DNA of 64,000 bases from an uncultured Alphaproteobacteria bacterium (GTDB lineage Bacteria; Pseudomonadota; Alphaproteobacteria; Sphingomonadales; Sphingomonadaceae), in contig CAWBJN010000019.1 of assembly GCA_963789155.1 (NCBI GenBank), positions 70,199 through 134,198 of the forward strand. The letters are read 5' to 3'. This document shows positions 37,305 through 47,319 of the stretch, piece by piece (the stretch's first letter is position 1; each line of letters begins with the position of its first letter). A program made the position numbers and the translations under genes. Below the pieces are notes generated by a model. That model searched no databases, was not told where the DNA came from, and worked only from the letters and a program-made list of their open reading frames with translations.

Positions 37305-38754
37305 ATGGGCAAAGACACCGGATTTCTAGAGCTGGATCGCCGCGAGCGCGATTATCTCGATCCCAAAGAACGCCTCAGCAATTACCGCGAATTTGTGGTG
37401 CAGCCGGATGACGCCACGTTGGTGAGCCAAGCCTCGCGCTGTATGGATTGCGGCATCCCTTATTGTCACAATGGCTGCCCCGTAAACAACATGATCCCAG
37501 ACTGGAATCATCTCGTTTATGAGCAGGATTGGCGCAACGCGCTCGATCTTGCTGCATTCCACCAACAATTTCCCTGAATTCACTGGCCGTATTTGCCCCG
37601 CCCCGTGCGAGGCATCCTGCACGCTCAACATCGTGGACCAACCGGTCACAATCAAATCCATCGAAGCAGCGATCATTGATCGCGGGTGGGATGAAGGCTG
37701 GGTCACTCCGCAAGTTCCAGAACGAAAAACCGGCAAGTCAGTCGCTGTCGTGGGCTCCGGCCCGGCCGGTATGGCCTGCGCACAGCAATTGGCGCGGGCT
37801 GGGCATTCGGTGGTTCTGTTTGAGAAAAGCGACCGCGTTGGCGGTTTGCTTCGCTACGGCATTCCCGATTTCAAGATGGAGAAGAATCTTATTTCCCGCC
37901 GCTGTCTCCAGATGGAGGCCGAAGGCGTAGAGTTCCGCACCAGCAAGGAAGTTGGCGTCGATATCTCCTTTGCGAGCCTGGAAGAAAACTTTGACGCGGT
38001 GGTGCTGTCTGGCGGTGCTGAAGACGCGCGCGCACTGGCAATCCCCGGCGCGGAGATGCCGGGCGTGCGGCTCGCGATGGAATTTCTAACGCAGCAAAAC
38101 AAGCGCAATGCAGGCGACGATGAAGAACGTGCCGCACCGCGCGGAACGCTAAAAGCGACCGGCAAACACGTCGTTGTCCTTGGCGGCGGCGATACGGGCA
38201 GCGACTGTGTCGGCACCTCCAACCGTCAAGGCGCAGCCAGCGTCACGCAGCTCGAAATCATGCCCAAGCCTCCTGAAAAGGAAGACAAGGCGATGACGTG
38301 GCCCAATTGGCCGATGAAATTGCGCACATCATCCAGCCACGAAGAAGGCGTCGCGCGCGATTGGGCGGTGCTGGCGAAACGCGTGGTCGGCGACGGCGAT
38401 GTTGTGACGGGTCTTGAATGTGTGCGGGTTGAGTGGGCTGCCAAAGAGAATGGCGGCCAGATGCAGGAAATTGAAGGCAGCGAATTTACCATCCCTGCCG
38501 ATCTGATCTTCCTCGCCATGGGTTTTGTCGGACCGAAAAAGGCGGGGCTGCTCGAACAGGCAGGCGTCGAATTAACCGACCGCGGCAATGTCAGCGCGGA
38601 CACCAAAAACTACGCCACGAGCGCCAAAAATGTCTTCGCTTGCGGGGATATGCGGCGGGGCCAGAGCCTGGTCGTATGGGCCATCCGAGAGGGTCGCCAA
38701 TGCGCACGCGCAGTAGACGAGGCACTTATGGGCGTGTCTGAGCTGCCGCGCTAA
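37305..38754 (+). pseudogene. gltD: Glutamate synthase small subunit (NADPH), frameshift at 37549-37551
   Basis: Fragment 1 ends ...[45 protein letters not shown]. Fragment 2 reads ..[48 protein letters not shown]. Confidence 0.94.
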
Positions 38755-38815
38755 GGTCATGGGCTAAGATCACAGGCTAAGCTTGCCGAGAGTGAATGAT
38801 ACGCCGAAACAAGGG

Positions 38816-40186
38816 ATGAGGGTCGTCAACCTTACAAGCCGCAAAGCTGCGATCATTCGATTTGGCGTAAGCACATTTGCGTTCTGTGCGGCGACTGCCG
38901 TGCTGGCACAATCCGATAGTGGTGCGAATGGCGACACCGCAGTTTATGCAGAGACATTAGCGGCGGGCGCAAACGCAGAGGCCGATTTTGCTAAACTGCC
39001 AGCCGATGACAGCGCCGCGATCACCCTGCAATCTCAAGACCCGGCGCAAGACCCAGCGCCAATCACCGCCGCTTCGCCCGCACCATTTGCACCAAGGCCA
39101 ATTGATCTGCGCATCGTCGCATCGCAATTTGTCGATGTCCCCGTGTCCGGCGATGCGCGCAGTGTCGCGCGCTATGCCGGCCGCGTTGACGGTTATCTGG
39201 AGGTGCAAGGTGGCACGCTTGGCGGCCCCGGCAACCTCACTCTAAAGGTCCGGCCTGAATACACCTGGGGCGAGACCTCCAATGGTGCAGTCGGTCTGAT
39301 ACCCGGAAACACGGCGTTATTTCGCCCCGAAGGCTCCGGGGATTTCGACCTTTCGGCCAGCGCCGAATACCGCTGGAATTCAGGCGCCACGCTTGAGGTT
39401 GGGAAGATCAATCTGCTCGATATTACAGGCAAGTTGCCGATCATAGCGAGCGACGGGCATTTCGGATTTCAAAATCTAGGCCTCTCCCTGCCGCCGACCG
39501 CGATAGCCCCCAATACGATCACAGGGGCAGCGTTGCTGCTGCCGAAGGGCAAGATGATCTACCGCCTATGGGTGTACGACGTCGATAGCCAGTATCAGCG
39601 CACCGGCCTTGAAGACCCATTTGCGAACGGGATTGGTTTCCTTGCTGCGGCAGCGGTGCGCACTCAGTTTGCTGGCAAACCGGGCTTCTTCAATTTCGCG
39701 GTGGTTGGATCGACCCGCGATACGTTCGCCAGAGACTTGCTGCCGAGCGCGCTCACTCCCCCGCAGGGCGGCGCATTTGGCGATGAGAGCGGCGAGTTGG
39801 CGGTGCAATTATCAGCCTATCAATATGTCGAACTCTACCCTGAGGCCCCCGGCAAAGGGTGGGGCATTCTCGCCCGGTTTCAGGCTTCGATGGGTGATCC
39901 GACATTCCTGGACTATTCGGGATATTTCGGCGTCTCGGGCAATCCGCGTTTCCGCATGCAAGACCGCTTTGGCCTTGCGTATTTCCATTACTCGCTAACC
40001 GATGAATTGGTTGACGATATCGCTTTTCGCCTTGGGTTGGAAGACGAAGAAGGCGTCGAGGCTTTCTACACATACGGCTTTGCTAAAGGTTTCGGTGTCA
40101 CGGCAAGTGTGCAAGTGGTCGATAGCGCGATCGCATTCCGCGATACCGGTGTGACCCTCGGCGCAAGACTAACGGCGGAGTTCTGA
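38816..40186 (+). CDS. Outer-membrane beta-barrel porin (possibly OprB/carbohydrate-selective-like)
   Basis: Signal peptide ending AVLAQS, alternating beta-strand pattern, and a C-terminal ...GARLTAEF with terminal Phe. The family call is tentative. Confidence 0.55.
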   Translation: MRVVNLTSRKAAIIRFGVSTFAFCAATAVLAQSDSGANGDTAVYAETLAAGANAEADFAKLPADDSAAITLQSQDPAQDPAPITAASPAPFAPRPIDLRIVASQFVDVPVSGDARSVARYAGRVDGYLEVQGGTLGGPGNLTLKVRPEYTWGETSNGAVGLIPGNTALFRPEGSGDFDLSASAEYRWNSGATLEVGKINLLDITGKLPIIASDGHFGFQNLGLSLPPTAIAPNTITGAALLLPKGKMIYRLWVYDVDSQYQRTGLEDPFANGIGFLAAAAVRTQFAGKPGFFNFAVVGSTRDTFARDLLPSALTPPQGGAFGDESGELAVQLSAYQYVELYPEAPGKGWGILARFQASMGDPTFLDYSGYFGVSGNPRFRMQDRFGLAYFHYSLTDELVDDIAFRLGLEDEEGVEAFYTYGFAKGFGVTASVQVVDSAIAFRDTGVTLGARLTAEF

Positions 40187-40187
40187 T

Positions 40188-40901
40188 ATGGTACGCGTGG
40201 CAATGGGACTGTTTGCTCTGGGCACAATTCTGGCGCTTCCAGTGTATGCTCAGGACTCCGATGCACAGGACTCCGATTTACAGGCGCAGATTGCTGGCGA
40301 AAACCAACCGTCTCCCTTCATCGGCCGATACAATGGCAATTCGTTTGAAACCGCGATGGGCATGATCATCCGCGAGGATGGCACTTTTGAATGGGGTTTG
40401 TCGGTGGGCGCGCTCGACATGCGCGCTGCCGGGACTTGGCAACAGCGAGGCGATCTCATCGTGCTGACCAGCGACCCCAGACCAGTCGCGCCTGAATTTG
40501 GATGGTCCGGGATGGAAAGCGCGCCCGATGCACCCCTGCTGCGCGTGGTTTGGGCATCCAATGGCGAGCCATTCGGTTACGCGATGGTCACCGCAAAATG
40601 CAGCAATGGCAATGTCGTTTACGAGCAGGTTCTTGAAGAAGGTTGGTCACCCGATGGCGAGGAATGCGACGGGGTTGAAACCGTGCAATTGCGCGAAGAT
40701 ATTTATGATGTCATCTCTGGCGAGTATGACTTAACAGGCGCGCTCGCTCCGGCTGAAGGCGAGACGATCCGCTTCGATTTTCACCGTAACGATCTGGGCG
40801 TTGCCGATTTTTCCGGCATGATCGGCGGTCTGGAAAACGGCGTACTGAAACTGAGCGGCGGGCGCTGGCCGCTGGAATTGCGCAAAGTGGTGGCGCAATA
40901 A
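40188..40901 (+). CDS. Hypothetical secreted protein
   Basis: Signal peptide LALPVYAQ followed by a QDSDAQDSD duplication. It starts 1 nt after the porin stop, so it is probably co-transcribed. I recognise no family. Confidence 0.55.
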   Translation: MVRVAMGLFALGTILALPVYAQDSDAQDSDLQAQIAGENQPSPFIGRYNGNSFETAMGMIIREDGTFEWGLSVGALDMRAAGTWQQRGDLIVLTSDPRPVAPEFGWSGMESAPDAPLLRVVWASNGEPFGYAMVTAKCSNGNVVYEQVLEEGWSPDGEECDGVETVQLREDIYDVISGEYDLTGALAPAEGETIRFDFHRNDLGVADFSGMIGGLENGVLKLSGGRWPLELRKVVAQ

Positions 40902-40983
40902 GAGGGGCTATCATCGATGTCCGCTTACGACCCCATAGCGGCCCTGCCGTCGTTCGTGGAGTGGGTTTAGAAGCGGTCGATAG

Positions 40984-41412
40984 TCAGCGCTTGGTGCGGA
41001 CCAACCCTATTACGAATATCGACCACCCGATCGTCATCAAGACGCTGCCTCCGAGCACGGCAATCGAAACCAGGTTCTCCGTTGTTTGTGCAGCGCTATA
41101 GCCAGCGCCAGCAATGGGTAGATTGTTGCTCGAGCCTGTAATTGCCGAAGCAGTCAAGCCGATCCAAAGGCCAAACATGCCGATGACAATTGTCCACCGC
41201 GCAATGTTAGAAATGGTCGGACGGAGATTTGCCGAGGTCCACAAGGCCCCAACGATCATCATTGCCATACCGCTTTGAACAGCAGTGAGGTGGGCCGAAA
41301 GTGCCATACGTGGGTTCAGAAAGCTCTGCACGATGGCCCCCTGTAGCAATCCAAGCAAAAAAAGTAGCGCGCCTGCGACGACCAAAGTCCGCTGGTGTGT
41401 CGTAAGGTTCAT
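40984..41412 (-). CDS. Small 4-TM membrane protein (possibly HabA/HabB hydroxylaminobenzene-mutase-like family)
   Basis: Four hydrophobic helices. The motif NPRMALSAHLTAVQSG recalls NPRMGLSAHLEG of that family, from memory only. GC is slightly lower, about 52%. Confidence 0.5.
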   Translation of the reverse strand: MNLTTHQRTLVVAGALLFLLGLLQGAIVQSFLNPRMALSAHLTAVQSGMAMMIVGALWTSANLRPTISNIARWTIVIGMFGLWIGLTASAITGSSNNLPIAGAGYSAAQTTENLVSIAVLGGSVLMTIGWSIFVIGLVRTKR

Positions 41413-41562
41413 TTGCTGCCTCCGAGAAGGTTTCGATAACCGCAGCTACCTGAATAGTCGTCCCCTTTCTACTCCTAGAGCACTGAAAGCTGCCATTCTG
41501 CTTCCCACCCCAATTGCGGACATCTCAACCGCTCCCCTTAAGACGATGACCTATCTAGCGCT

Positions 41563-42274
41563 CTAGAGTGACCAGTCGATTGCGCTGCGCCCATGCTCTT
41601 CCAAAAAGGCATTCGCCTGACTGAAAGGCCGCGATCCAAAGAATCCGCGATAGGCAGACAGCGGGCTGGGGTGCGGGGAACTTGAGGATCAGGTGATGCG
41701 AAGCGGCACCCAATCCTCGTACGCGGCTCGCTTTCTTCTGAGCGTGACTGCCCCACAGGACAAATACGATAGGTTCGCCTGTCTCTCGGCTTGTCTCTTG
41801 GCTGCGCTCCACCACCGCCTGCACAGCAGCATCTGTAATTGCATCCCAGCCGCGCCCGGCATGGCTGCCCGCCTGCGCTTGCTCGACCGTCAGCGTGTTG
41901 TTGAGCAGCAGCACGCCCTGCTTTGCCCAAGGGGTCAGATCGCCGCTCGCCGGGCGGGGAATGCCAAGGTCGCTCTCCAGTTCCTTGAAGATGTTCGCCA
42001 GCGACGGCGGCGGCTTTACCCCGTCGCGTACCGAAAAGCTCAGCCCATGCGCTTGGCCCGGCCCGTGATATGGGTCTTGGCCAAGGATCACGACGCGCAC
42101 GTCTTCCAGCGGGGTCATCGCGAGCGCGGCCAGCCGTTCACCGCGCGGCGGATAGATCACTTTGCCCGCATCTTCCTGCGCGCGCAGCCACCCGCCCAGC
42201 TTGCGCGCCTCAGGCTTTGCAAGCACAGGTTCGAGCGCCGCACGCCAGCTTTCGGGGATTGGATCACCTGCCAT
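41563..42274 (-). pseudogene. ung: Uracil-DNA glycosylase (family 1), C-terminal frameshift near 41679-41686
   Basis: Contains VVILGQDPYHGPGQAHGLSFSV. Frame A ends ..[14 protein letters not shown]...*. The +1 frame reads [40 protein letters not shown] and stops at 41563-41565. Confidence 0.9.
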
Positions 42275-42353
42275 AGATGCGCAAAGCTACACTGCGTAAG
42301 GGGCCGGGCGCGAGACGCCTCTTTCCCTCTATCCACAATCCGCGTAATGGCGG

Positions 42354-42992
42354 GTGATGACAGTACATTTCCATGAAGAAGACCTGCCCGAAGGCGTCCT
42401 GCAAGGCACCAGCGCATTGGCAGTCGATACAGAGACCATGGGTCTTATCACGCACCGCGACCGGCTCTGCGTTGTTCAGATCAGTGACGGATCGGGCGAT
42501 GAACATTTGGTTCGGTTTGGTCCCGGCAGCGAATATGAGGCACCCAACCTCTGCGCACTGCTGGAGGATCAATCGCGGGTGAAGCTTTACCATTATGCGC
42601 GCTTCGATTTGGCGGCGATCCAATATTATCTTGGCGTGATGGCCGGGCCGGTGTTCTGCACGAAGATCGGCAGCAAGCTGGTGCGTACCTATACCGATCG
42701 CCACGGGCTGAAAAACCTCGCGACCGAGCTGCTGAACGCAGATATTTCCAAACATCAGCAATCCTCCGATTGGGGCGGCCCCGTGCTTAGCGAAGCGCAG
42801 CGCGATTATGCCGCGTCCGATGTGCGGTATCTGCACGCTTTGCGTGATGAACTGACCGTGCGGCTGGAACGCGAAGGGCGCATGGAAATTGCGCAGGGTT
42901 GCTTCGACTTCCTGCCGACACGCGCGCTGCTCGATATCGCTGGATGGGACGGTCGCGACATATTCAGCCACAATGAAGGTTACTACGCCTAG
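42354..42992 (+). CDS. rnd: Short RNase D-like 3'-5' exonuclease (DEDD family)
   Basis: ALAVDTETMGL, LYHYARFDLAAI, YAASDVRYLHAL. Confidence 0.82.
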   Translation: MMTVHFHEEDLPEGVLQGTSALAVDTETMGLITHRDRLCVVQISDGSGDEHLVRFGPGSEYEAPNLCALLEDQSRVKLYHYARFDLAAIQYYLGVMAGPVFCTKIGSKLVRTYTDRHGLKNLATELLNADISKHQQSSDWGGPVLSEAQRDYAASDVRYLHALRDELTVRLEREGRMEIAQGCFDFLPTRALLDIAGWDGRDIFSHNEGYYA

Positions 42993-43001
42993 GCTTATGT
43001 A

Positions 43002-43667
43002 ATGGGAACGGAACGCCGCATCGAAACCAGTCAAGCGAAGGAACTGCGCGGCAAGCGGCAGCATTTCGCCGCGCCGGGGGGAAGCCACGACAAGCTGGTC
43101 GGTTTTCTCGCGCGGGTGCTTCCGATGGGCGTGGGTGTGCTGGCGGCGCTGATGATTATTACACCGCTGTCTCCGCGCGGCGAAATCAGCTTCCTGCTCG
43201 ACCGGACAAAGGTTGCGATGATCAATGAACGGCTAAGCGTGGACAATGCCATGTACCGGGGCCGAGACGATTTGGGACGGCCATTTTCGCTGACCGCAGG
43301 CGAAGCGGTGCAGCGTTCAAGCGCAGAAGGGCTGGTGCGGATGCAGGATTTGATGGCGCAATTGCTGCTCGATGATGGCCCGGCGCGGCTTTCGGCGCCC
43401 GGCGGTGTGTATGACATCGATGCAGACGTTGTGAATGTTAACGGCGAAGTGCGGATCCGCACTGCGGATGGATATGCAATGACAGCGCGCGGGGTTTCGT
43501 TTGACCTCGCCGCCCAAACGATGAGCGGCGATGACGGCGTATCGGGATCGGTCCCGGCTGGTACATTCGAAGCCGACGCAATGCGCGCGCAGTTAGAAGC
43601 GCGCACGTTTACACTGGATGGCAATGCCCGGCTCACCATGGTGCCCGGCAAATTGAGAGTGCCCTGA
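43002..43667 (+). CDS. lptC: LPS export system protein LptC
   Basis: N-terminal anchor followed by an OstA-like fold (FLLDRTKVAMINERLSVDNAMYRGRD..). It lies directly upstream of lptA. Confidence 0.78.
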   Translation: MGTERRIETSQAKELRGKRQHFAAPGGSHDKLVGFLARVLPMGVGVLAALMIITPLSPRGEISFLLDRTKVAMINERLSVDNAMYRGRDDLGRPFSLTAGEAVQRSSAEGLVRMQDLMAQLLLDDGPARLSAPGGVYDIDADVVNVNGEVRIRTADGYAMTARGVSFDLAAQTMSGDDGVSGSVPAGTFEADAMRAQLEARTFTLDGNARLTMVPGKLRVP

Positions 43668-44233
43668 TGACCCAAACACAAAAGCCCACCCTTCGCAAAA
43701 TAGCGCTCGCATGGGCAGCTGGCGGCTTTGTTCTGACCACGGCGCTTGCGGGCGGGATGGCGCTCAATGCGCAGGGGCTTTCCTCGCACAACACCAGAGC
43801 CCCTGTCTCGTTTGATGCAGGCTCAATTGATTTCGACGACCGCGCGAACCGCGTTGTTCTGACCGGCGGAGTGATCGTCAATCAGGCCGGACTGACCGTG
43901 CGTTCGAACCGGATGCTGGCAAATTATACCGACACCGGATCGCTGGATGTCACGCGGATTACCGCCAATGGGGGCGTAGTCGTCACGCGCGGGAATGAAC
44001 GCGCCAGCGGCGATGTGGCGGTCTATGATTTCAATCGCCGCATCATCACAATGGTTGGAAATGTCTCGCTGCGCCGGGGCGGTGATACTTTGAATGGCGG
44101 GCGGTTGGTGATAGATTTGGCCAGCGGCCTATCGACAGTTGATGGCCGGCCAGGCGGGGGTAGCAATGCACCGGGGACCGAGGGGTCAAATGGCCGGGTA
44201 ACCGGAACGTTTACAGTCCCGCAAGGCGACTAG
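43667..44233 (+). CDS. lptA: LPS transport periplasmic protein LptA (OstA family)
   Basis: Signal peptide plus repeating beta-jellyroll strands (VVLTGGVIVNQAGLTVRSNRMLANY..., ITMVGNVSLRRGGDTLNGGRLVIDL). The ATGA overlap links it to lptC. Confidence 0.8.
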   Translation: MTQTQKPTLRKIALAWAAGGFVLTTALAGGMALNAQGLSSHNTRAPVSFDAGSIDFDDRANRVVLTGGVIVNQAGLTVRSNRMLANYTDTGSLDVTRITANGGVVVTRGNERASGDVAVYDFNRRIITMVGNVSLRRGGDTLNGGRLVIDLASGLSTVDGRPGGGSNAPGTEGSNGRVTGTFTVPQGD

Positions 44234-44242
44234 ACAGCGGCG

Positions 44243-45646
44243 TTAATAGGCGTTGTCGTGCTTCAGAACGAGCACAGTCTGGAACACAATTTCCACATCG
44301 CGCCGCAATGACCAGCCGGATATGTATTCAAGGTCTGATTGAAGACGGTCGGTCAGATCTTTCTCAACCTCTGTCGCGCCTCGGTGCCCGCGTATTTGAG
44401 CCAGACCCGTGAGGCCCGGTTTCAGGCAGTGACGGCGCCAATATTGCGCATCGACTTCCCAGAAATACTTATTGTTCGCCTGGCTGCCCAACGCATGCGG
44501 ACGTGGGCCAACAATCGACATGTCGCCCCGCAACACATTGATGATCTGCGGCAGTTCATCGATACTTGTGCGGCGGATGAACGCGCCAATTTTGGTGATC
44601 CGGTCATCTTCGCGCCCGGTCGACTGATCGCCATTGGCGTCATTCTTTTCGAAATTCATTGAGCGAAATTTGAGCATATTGAAAAACTTGTTACCGCGTC
44701 CAAGACGCCGCTGGATGAACAGCACTGGGCCTCCATCTTCCAGCTTGATCTTCGCCGCGACGATCAGCAACACTGGCGACAACACAATCAGTGCGCCGCC
44801 CGCAATGGTGATGTCGAAAAGCCGTTTTGAGATACGCGAACGCAGGCCCAGCGGGCCCGTCGAAACCACCAGAGTCGTGCGATCCTGCCCTTCATAGCGG
44901 TGGACATCGGTCGCACCCAAGGAATGCGCAGGCTCGCTCACAATCTCGCCGTAAACACCCGTAGATTTGAGGAGAAATGCCCATGCTGCGCGTCGTTCGC
45001 TAGGGCAGCTGACGACGACCTTGTCTTGATTCTGTAGCAGTTTGCCCAGCCGATCGAGCATAAAGGGATCGTGACTGGCCGGATCGAGATTGTATTTGCC
45101 AGCCGAAATCGACACCGCATTTTCAAGTTCGAAATCCGGCCCGCCGTCTTCGATAATCAAACGATTTGTCGTTCGCCCGCCCCAAAACCTTGCAATCACG
45201 ACCGGCATCAATCGCCGCAGGGCAAGGATCGCGGCAGCAGACAGAATAAGCCCCAGCGTCACTGATACGCGCGAAAATTGCGCATTGGACTTGGTGTAGA
45301 ACGCCACGAAATTCAGCAAAGCTGCAGACACAAAAAGCGCGGTAAGCGCCTGTTTTACCGCAAAAGTCCAATTGCCGAGCGCTTGGCCTCCATAGCTTTC
45401 GTTGTACAAAGCGATGGTAAAATAGATCGGCAGGATGGTCTGCACCACCAGCATGTTTCGTGGCTGCCACCACAAACCTTCATAGATCAAGCTGGCAAGC
45501 GCAAAAGCCAGATGGAGCAGCACCGCATCAAGCACCATCAGCAGGGCATAGGCGCGCAAACGCCGACGCTCCAGCGAAGGCGCGAGTTGGTGTTCAACCT
45601 GATCTGATTGGGCCGCTACGTTAAGAGGCCCTGTAAGCTTGTTCAT
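44243..45646 (-). CDS. Exopolysaccharide polyprenyl-phosphate glycosyl-1-phosphate transferase (WbaP/bacterial sugar transferase family)
   Basis: Four or five N-terminal TM segments, then KRLFDITIAGGALIVLSPVLLIVAAKIKLEDGGPVLFIQRRLGRGNKFFNMLKFRSM...GDMSIVGPRP. Confidence 0.88.
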   Translation of the reverse strand: MNKLTGPLNVAAQSDQVEHQLAPSLERRRLRAYALLMVLDAVLLHLAFALASLIYEGLWWQPRNMLVVQTILPIYFTIALYNESYGGQALGNWTFAVKQALTALFVSAALLNFVAFYTKSNAQFSRVSVTLGLILSAAAILALRRLMPVVIARFWGGRTTNRLIIEDGGPDFELENAVSISAGKYNLDPASHDPFMLDRLGKLLQNQDKVVVSCPSERRAAWAFLLKSTGVYGEIVSEPAHSLGATDVHRYEGQDRTTLVVSTGPLGLRSRISKRLFDITIAGGALIVLSPVLLIVAAKIKLEDGGPVLFIQRRLGRGNKFFNMLKFRSMNFEKNDANGDQSTGREDDRITKIGAFIRRTSIDELPQIINVLRGDMSIVGPRPHALGSQANNKYFWEVDAQYWRRHCLKPGLTGLAQIRGHRGATEVEKDLTDRLQSDLEYISGWSLRRDVEIVFQTVLVLKHDNAY

Positions 45647-45761
45647 ACGCGCTGCGTTCCCCCCGAAACGCTCCCTAAGGAATTTCCCTTATCGACGGTT
45701 AACTCTCTACACACAAAATCTTCGGTTTTGCGACTGCGAAATAGGAAACTGTCCGATTATG

Positions 45762-46802
45762 CTACCGTCTGGCGGCGAATCTGGCGATCTCGGTCAGGTC
45801 TTGGGCGAGCAAAAGCTCCGCGGCCTGACTGTTGCCAAGCAAGCTGCGGTGCAACGCAACCAATCGCGGGATCAGCCGGTCGAGCTTGCGTGCCTGCCAG
45901 TTGGAAAGTTGCTGGCGGATTTCGCGCTCGTCTTTCCAAAATATGCCGAGCTGCGCTTTTTCACCGCGCCCCAGATTTTCGATGGAGCCGCGCGGACCGA
46001 GCTTCGCTGAAATATTGGCCAGCTGTGCTGCACGCCGCTCCAACGCCAACAGCAGCCCAACAGGGTTGAGGCCCAGCTCCTTTATCCGCTGAATTTCCGC
46101 TGTCAGCTTGCCCAATTCGCCGCCCATGACCGCATTGACGACAGGACCAAACCCGTCCTCTTCAGTCGCCGCGCCAATTTCGGCGTAATCTTCAACCGAC
46201 GCGGTTTTGGGTGCCTGCGGACCAGCGTCCATATAAAGCGCGAGTTTATCAACCTCTGACTGCGCAAGCCGCACATCCATACCCGCCCCGCGCGCAATGC
46301 GTTCAGCCAAGTCACCGCCAAGACGCAATCCCGCGCTGTCCGCCATTGCACGCACGGTCACCGCTACGCTCATCAGATCAGGTGGATAGAATATCGCGAC
46401 CAAGGCATCAGCGCGTTTTTCAAGCAGCTTTGCCGTGCGTGATTTATCAGTGGCTGCTGTCGCGACGATCAGGATCGGAGCCGCATCGCCCGCCCCCGCA
46501 TCGCTGGTTTCGATTAAGGCTTTGAGCGCGTCATGCGCTTCATCTCCGGTCGCGCGCACAAAAATGTGCCGCGTGTCACCAAACAGCGAGCCGGAGCGTG
46601 CTTCATCACCCAAGAGCGCCGGATCGCGGCGCAAATCGCCCCCGGACAACTCAACGCGCTCTCCAGCATCAGGCAAAGCTTCGATAATTTTGGTGGCAGC
46701 GGCAGAGGCGCCCGCTTCGTCAGGTCCGCAGAAAAAAAAGATCGACGCGCCGCTGGCTGATTTGGGCGCTCCGCGTGCAAAATCTTTCTGGGTCGCTTTC
46801 AT
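45762..46802 (-). CDS. holA: DNA polymerase III subunit delta
   Basis: IFFFCGPDEAG...LFGDTRHIFVR, with the conserved position downstream of lptE. Confidence 0.82.
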   Translation of the reverse strand: MKATQKDFARGAPKSASGASIFFFCGPDEAGASAAATKIIEALPDAGERVELSGGDLRRDPALLGDEARSGSLFGDTRHIFVRATGDEAHDALKALIETSDAGAGDAAPILIVATAATDKSRTAKLLEKRADALVAIFYPPDLMSVAVTVRAMADSAGLRLGGDLAERIARGAGMDVRLAQSEVDKLALYMDAGPQAPKTASVEDYAEIGAATEEDGFGPVVNAVMGGELGKLTAEIQRIKELGLNPVGLLLALERRAAQLANISAKLGPRGSIENLGRGEKAQLGIFWKDEREIRQQLSNWQARKLDRLIPRLVALHRSLLGNSQAAELLLAQDLTEIARFAARR

Positions 46803-46809
46803 GCCCGCG

Positions 46810-47319
46810 TCATTGCGCGCCAGCCGCGCGCTCACGCTCCCTCAGCGTTAGCGCGATGCGGATAGCCATGCGTTCGGCGACTTCCTTGGCAAGGTTTTCC
46901 AATGCCGTCTGTTCGGCAGCGATGGTCGCATATTCGCTGGAGACAACGTCGATACCGGCATCAGAACCAGCAGTCGCATCGAGCAGAATTTCCCCGGTCG
47001 CCAGATCAATGAGCTGATAGCGGGAGCGCAAAATGCGGCGTTCACGGCTGATCGTGTCATCATTGAGCACGCCAAGCCCCTCAAGCGCATCATCAAGACG
47101 CACATCGAGCCGATACGAAGGGGTTGCTTCGCCCGCTACATGGAGCCGGTCTTGCAGAGCGTTGCGCACCAGCCAGCCATCGCGCCCCGGTATCGCGGGC
47201 ACATCAACCGCCGCAAGCCCCTGCGCCACGGCGGAATTGGACCCGCCTACATACATCGGTTGCAGCCCGCAGGCGGAAAGCGCCGCGCACAGCGTCAAGG
47301 CGAGCCAGGCGCGCATCAT
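46810..47319 (-). CDS. lptE: LPS-assembly lipoprotein LptE
   Basis: Lipobox LSAC in MMRAWLALTLCAALSACGLQPMY. The position between leuS and holA is conserved. The ATGA overlap links it to leuS. Confidence 0.8.
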   Translation of the reverse strand: MMRAWLALTLCAALSACGLQPMYVGGSNSAVAQGLAAVDVPAIPGRDGWLVRNALQDRLHVAGEATPSYRLDVRLDDALEGLGVLNDDTISRERRILRSRYQLIDLATGEILLDATAGSDAGIDVVSSEYATIAAEQTALENLAKEVAERMAIRIALTLRERERAAGAQ

